Source: Octopus vulgaris (Eukaryota). From it: DNA of 64,000 nucleotides. The translations under genes were made by a program, and so were the position numbers. This document shows, one piece after another, positions 57,974-64,000 of the stretch. Location of the stretch: NCBI GenBank assembly GCA_951406725.2, contig OX597831.1, positions 49,352,001 through 49,416,000 on the forward strand, written 5' to 3'. Below the pieces are notes generated by a model. The model had not been told where the DNA came from. It saw only the letters and a list, made by a program, of their open reading frames with translations, and searched no databases. Positions within the stretch are counted from its first letter, which is position 1. Every line of letters starts with the position of its first letter.

Positions 57974-58030
57974 TAAAACTCCGAGTTTCGGATGTCGGGG
58001 CGGAAATCCACGTCCGCATCTCTTCAGTTA
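57974..58030 (-). ncRNA. Minimal hammerhead ribozyme motif with long stem II
   Basis: taa CTGAAGA gatg cgg ac gtgga tt tccgc c ccg a catc c GAAA CTCGGAG TT tta, within a TA-flanked cassette at about 57871-58200. Confidence 0.78.
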
Positions 58031-58659
58031 GAGGTCCATCAAAAAAATTCTATGAAAATGACCATTAAACAAAGGGAAATTATTGTGTGATTGACCGTTA
58101 TTAAGACAAAAGAGCTATTAGAATGATCGCTAAGTAAGGGGAGGGAGTAAAGGTAAGGGAGTAAAAATGTTCATAGCAATCGCGTAAGTGTGCATGTCCA
58201 TATATATATGTACGTCAAATACACACGTACACATGATAGCTCAACTGTCAAATTTTACATTGACTCACCAACTGTCAAATAAAGGAAAGTAAGTAGAAAG
58301 AGAGGAAGGGATCAGAATGTGCTTAAATTTAACATACTCGTCTGTCGGTGAATCAATGAAGAGAATGAGATTGACCATCTGATACCTCAACCCGTGAACA
58401 GAGAACCATAGATACCGTAGCCCAAACTACATCTTCTGGCGGGCTGAAGCTAAAGAAGTGGTAATAATTGTCGCACATATTAGATACATCCCATTACCGC
58501 AACAATAGGCCTCTGTCTTGTGCTCCGAGAAATCAGGATCAACACTCATTATGTAACCATCTAACATGAGACGCAGTTATGTGGTGAGATGGAGATACAG
58601 GTCCACACTCATAAATATGCATATCTAGATATGTAAATAGGAAATAAAATATATATTCT

Positions 58660-59056
58660 GTTACTCTTTTATACGTTTAAGTCATTTTACTGCGGTCATG
58701 CTGGAGCTACCCCTTAAAGAGCTTTAATCAAAGAAATCGACCCTTTGTAAGCCTAGTAACTTATTCTATCTGTTTGTTTGGCAGAACCGCTATGTTACAG
58801 GTACATAAACACACCAATATTTATTGTTAAGCGATGGTGACGGGGGGACAAACACAGATACAAAGGCACACAGACATATATGTATATATGCATACGTATA
58901 TGAAGGGATTCTTTCAGTTTCCGTCTACCAAATCCACTCACGAGGCTATGGTCTGACCGAGGCTTTGTAGAAGACTCTTCCCCAAGGTGCCACGCAATGG
59001 GACTGAACCGGGAACCATGCGATTGGGAAGCAAGCTTTGTACCACACAGTTGCCTA
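58660..59056 (-). mobile_element. SINE family A, diverged
   Basis: Homology to the other copies. Confidence 0.75.
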
Positions 59057-59158
59057 CGATATATATCAACCCAGAGAATATGTATAAATAATTCTAAAAC
59101 GTAGCACACATCCACACACATGCATAAAAACAAATATACACGCACACAGTCACACACA

Positions 59159-59246
<88 letters not shown>

Positions 59247-59966
59247 TTCCCTTCTTATTTTAATTGCTACCAGAAGTGCTGTGTTCATGTTAATGGGCCA
59301 ATTCATTTCCAGGAACACCATGATAGATTCAGACAGTTTGATTGGTAATGCAAACCTGTGATTAATATACAAGACCTTCAGATCTGATAAAATTCATTTA
59401 TACATTGTCTCAGTGGCTCAACTTTTAAAGTGTGTCTGCTTTTGATAATTCACCACGGCTTTTCTTGTTTCACAATGTCACGACTCTTCCTAAAAGGCCA
59501 CAGTCATCAATCACTTGCCTTAACATTTAGAGCTACGTGTCTTTCAAAAATTTCACATGCATGTTTCAGATGGAGAATTCGTACAATAACACCGCAAGAT
59601 TTCTGTTGACTAACTGCATTTACAAATTTGCTTGTATGTCTTCTTCGTCTTGTGCAATTTCCATGCGTTCTCTACTGCACAGTACAGAGCTACATTAAGT
59701 GCTAGCAATATTGTATCTTAAAGAAAACTGTTGCAATTCACTCTAATTTCACACGTATTCTTTTGAATTTCTCTGTCACCTGAAACCACTTGAAATTGTT
59801 AGGATTGTAAAATGCTTGAAAATTTGAAAATAATAAAGAAATCCTAGAAACACCTTGTATCCGACCTGACCACTAAATATTTTTAGAGACTAGAAGTATG
59901 TCTATTCCACGCTGCTCCTAACAAATTCGATACGATCACATCTGTACACAAACACACGCACGCACG

Positions 59967-60076
<110 letters not shown>

Positions 60077-60249
60077 TCTCCTTATTTGACTTTGCTTGCT
60101 TGATAACAGTTAAATAGGCAGTAGTATCCTTGTCAGCTCAGAAATAATGAGATACATGGTGTTGTGGTTTTTTTTGGTGGGGGGGTTCTACTTTCCTCCA
60201 CTAAAATATAAAAATTTAAATTCAAATTTTAGCTTCAGAAAGAATATTC

Positions 60250-60456
60250 TTTCTTTTCTTTTACTTGTTTCAGCAATTTGACTGTGGCCATACTGGAGCA
60301 CCGCCTTTAGTCGAGAAAATCGACTCCAGGACTTATTCTTTGGAAGCCTAGTGCTTATTCTATCGGTCTTTTTTGCCGAACCGCTAAGTTACGGGGACGT
60401 AAACACACCAGCATCGGTTGTCAAGCGATGTTGGGGGGATAAACACAGACACACAA

Positions 60457-60545
<89 letters not shown>

Positions 60546-60659
60546 CATATATACGACGGGCTTCTTTCAGTTTCCGTCAACCAAATCCACTCACAAGGCT
60601 TTGGTCGGCCCGAGGCTATAGTAGAAGCAAGTTACCTACCACACAGCCACTCCTACGCC
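60250..60659 (-). mobile_element. SINE family A with a deletion in the head
   Basis: Homology to the other copies. Confidence 0.82.
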
Positions 60660-62015
60660 TATTTTAAAGTTTACCTCTCTTCTTGCCTTGTACTTTTCCA
60701 AGCTTCCCTTATCTAATAATATTATCATGCCTTTGCTCGCATTTTCCTGCTAGCCCACTCTTATTACAGAGAAGGCTTTTATAGATAAATAACAATTGTT
60801 ATGAAGACAAAAATCTAAAAACAAGAAAATTCAGTTCCTTCAAAAAATTTAAGCTATAGTTAAAAGTAACTTTTATATATTGGCAACAATAAAAAATGCC
60901 AGTGAGAAACTCAAAACAAAGGAGAAAATATTAATAAAACACAGATAGATCGAATGAAGCCAGTGAGAAATCTGTAGAGAAAATCTGAGTCGACTAGTGT
61001 GCGACAAAGAAGTCTGATCATGCTCACATTCTCTAGAAATATTGTGAGTTTCCTCATAGAAGAGGATCTAGGTGCGCTTGATGGAATTATTACAAACCAA
61101 GTACCACATGGGCAGATTGAAATTTGAATATTGTCCTGTAGAATCTTCCGATGGCGTTTATTGCTTTTGCCGCACTCAGACATGGTTATCAGTAGAAGAG
61201 TGATAGAAAAACGAACATAAAAAATCTCCTGAACCAAAATATCTTATATAAAGTTTTATAATATTGAAAGGAAAAAAAAAAATAAATAAAAGATTTCTCC
61301 ATTGATATTCAAATGCAAATAAACCTTGATTAAATCATTGAAATAAAAATATTTTTATAAAATGAATTTGGTAATTATAAATTTTTAATGTCTATTTCTA
61401 GTGTTTTATTACATTCAAATATGTTTGACGAATTTTTGCTAATATAATTCAGAATCACAAATTTAATGCCAAGCTCTCGTACTTATATTAATTATGAATT
61501 TTATGGATTTATTAGCTTTTAAAGTTTGGTACATAAACAAATACAGAAAATAATCTTTGGCATTACCATTATTGAATAAATCTATTTTAAAAACGACAAA
61601 TAAACTGTGCTATTAAATGAGTTTAAATTTGTATATTTATGCTTTACATCTAAAAATAATCTTATTATCAAAGGGTCCTGGAATTTTTAAAATTAAATTT
61701 GAATGAAATTATCTTTTGCACTTTTACATGCACTCAAAACAATATTTTTGCACTTAACAGTTGCACTAAATAAACAATTTTTTCACCTAAACTCCGGTCT
61801 CTACTTATGAAATATTAGATAAACATGCTTTAAAAATATTAGAAAATTGGAAGAATTTTAGATGCGCAACATTATCTTCCAAGCTCGCATCATACGCACA
61901 TCTACAATAGCTCTGAACCTACCAATGACTTGTAAATGAAATTGGTAGACGAAAACTCCGTGGAAGCCCATCGTACACACACATACACGCACACACACCT
62001 ATATATATATATATA

Positions 62016-62067
<52 letters not shown>

Positions 62068-62233
62068 ATAAATAATGAGCTTTACACATTTCTTTATTTG
62101 TGCATCTTTGACTTACAGCTGTTACTTATATGCATTAAAGGTGCATTTATGGTTCCGTTTACTCAATCGGTCTAATGATCGATTGAAAAATATTGAACGA
62201 TTTTGATAAATGCTATCATCATCGGAATATATA

Positions 62234-63114
62234 CAGGGTGTCCCAAAAGTTCCTGATGGGTTCAATTTTTATTAACTTCCTTAACTTTACAAATAAATGC
62301 ATGAAATCTTGATACAATATACATGGCATAATGGACATTAATATGCGTAATTCATATTCTGCAACACTACTACATTACAAATGAAAAGAGACATCGCTTA
62401 AAGGGCAGCCATTTTCGGCTTCGCACAGCTGTGCACTTTCCAAAACTTGCACCATAACACCCTCAAGAATTTCAGACCCCACTTCTTTGATTTCCCTATT
62501 GATGTTCTTCAGTTGCATCAGGCTGTCCGGTTTGTTGACTTAAACCTTCTATTTCAGGTTTCTCCACAAAAAAAAAAACTTGTCAAGTATGGGGAACGTG
62601 AAGGCCATTCAAATTAAACCTCACACATGGTTCCAGCAAGATGGGGCAACTGCTCATACCGCAAGAGAAACAATGCAGTTGTTATGGTAGTGCTTTGGAG
62701 TGAAAGTAATCTCCCAATGCAGCAAGGAAAACTGGCCTTCACGTTCCCCAGACTTGACAAGCCCGGATTTTTTGTTGTGGGGATAAATGAAAGATAGGAT
62801 TTATGTCACCAAACCAGAGACCCTGGTGCAACTGAAGGAGAACATCAATGGAGAAATCAGAGAAGTGGGGTCTGAAACTCTTGAGGGTATTATGGTGCAA
62901 GTTTTGGAAAGAGCGCGAGCGTACGAAGCCGAAAATGTCTGCCCTTTAAGTGATGTCATATTTCATATGAGATGTAGTGGTGTTGCAAAATTTGACTTGT
63001 GCATATTAATGGCTATTGTGTCCTTTGCATTGTATCAAAATTTCATACATTTATTTGTAAAGTTAAAGAAGTTATTAAAACCTGACACCCATCAGGAACT
63101 TTTGGGACACCCTG
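62234..63114. mobile_element. Non-autonomous palindromic Tc1/mariner (DD41D, rosa-like) element
   Basis: TA|cagggtgtcccaaaagttcctgatgggt ... acccatcaggaacttttgggacaccctg|TA perfect TIRs. Plus strand encodes WFQQDGATAH-(D41D)-WPSRSPDLTSPDFLLWG*MKDRIY. The left arm is the reverse complement of the right arm. Confidence 0.92.
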
Positions 63115-63690
63115 TACATAAATGCGCGCACACATACATACATACATATGTGTATGAATGTTTGCATGTGCGTGTTATATTTGTTCTCTACCACCACTTG
63201 ATCACATCACTATGGGGTTGGTTTGTTTACGTCCTCGTAACCTATTCGACATAAATACCTATGGAATAAGCACCAGACTTAATAAAAGGTATAAGAAAAT
63301 TATCCCGTTTAAAAGTTGCATCTGTGCACTGCTTTGTTTTACTCCACCAATTTTCTTTTACAATATCTCATATTTTATGACCTTAACCACTTTCAATTCG
63401 TTCAAGAATTGAATTAGCTACAAGGCATAGACAGACACACAAAAAGTAATTGTTCGCTTCAGAATATTATTCACACAGTGTACTGTTTTAAAGAAAATTA
63501 TACTTTGTCAGAGTTATGTACTTCATAATGTTGCTTCTTTTATATTTCTATACAGTCTAAAACAAATATTTTTTTAAATAAAAGTTATAGTAACTAGTCT
63601 CAAAGTGTGAATCTGCATAGATTATTCATTCATTTTACTAGAATAAGCACATTATTCTAAAAGTAATTCCTAAGCTTTATAAATATTTAT

Positions 63691-63777
<87 letters not shown>

Positions 63778-63948
63778 GTATATATATACACACATACATA
63801 TATAAACATATATATATATATACGTACATATATATGTATATATACATACGTACATGTACATGTATATATATATATATATATATGTACATAGCTATATGTA
63901 TATATATATATGTAGGTATAAATATATATATGTATATATGTATAAATA

Positions 63949-64000
<52 letters not shown>

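Noticed and set aside
59280-59790. Possible decayed transposase or exon on the minus strand
   Set aside because: Only short open stretches and no identifiable motif.
60911-61237. 108-aa ORF as an independent gene
   Set aside because: Non-ATG start and no recognisable domain.

Overview
AT-rich, microsatellite-saturated eukaryotic DNA that reads as Octopus (coleoid cephalopod) genome. There is one host protein-coding gene, a minus-strand oxytocin/vasopressin-family GPCR that I recognise as the octopressin receptor (OPR). Its two coding exons (47592-46617 and 13181-12898) splice across a 33,435-bp phase-1 intron to give 419 aa, and at least one further 5'-UTR exon lies upstream. The ORF track misses the second exon and runs the first into the intron. 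The rest is repeats: three tRNA-derived SINE families, a 5'-truncated CR1/L2-group LINE, a full-length dead DD34D mariner, a palindromic DD41D (rosa-type) foldback element, a piggyBac-type MITE, a decayed Penelope-like retroelement and very many (TA)n/(CA)n/(TACA)n tracts. The most interesting signal is a set of nine minimal type-I hammerhead-ribozyme motifs of the Penelope type. They sit in short cassettes inserted in (TA)n tracts, often with inverted (fold-back) ends, and seven of the nine lie on the OPR sense strand. All calls were made by eye and repeat boundaries are approximate (about 5-20 bp).
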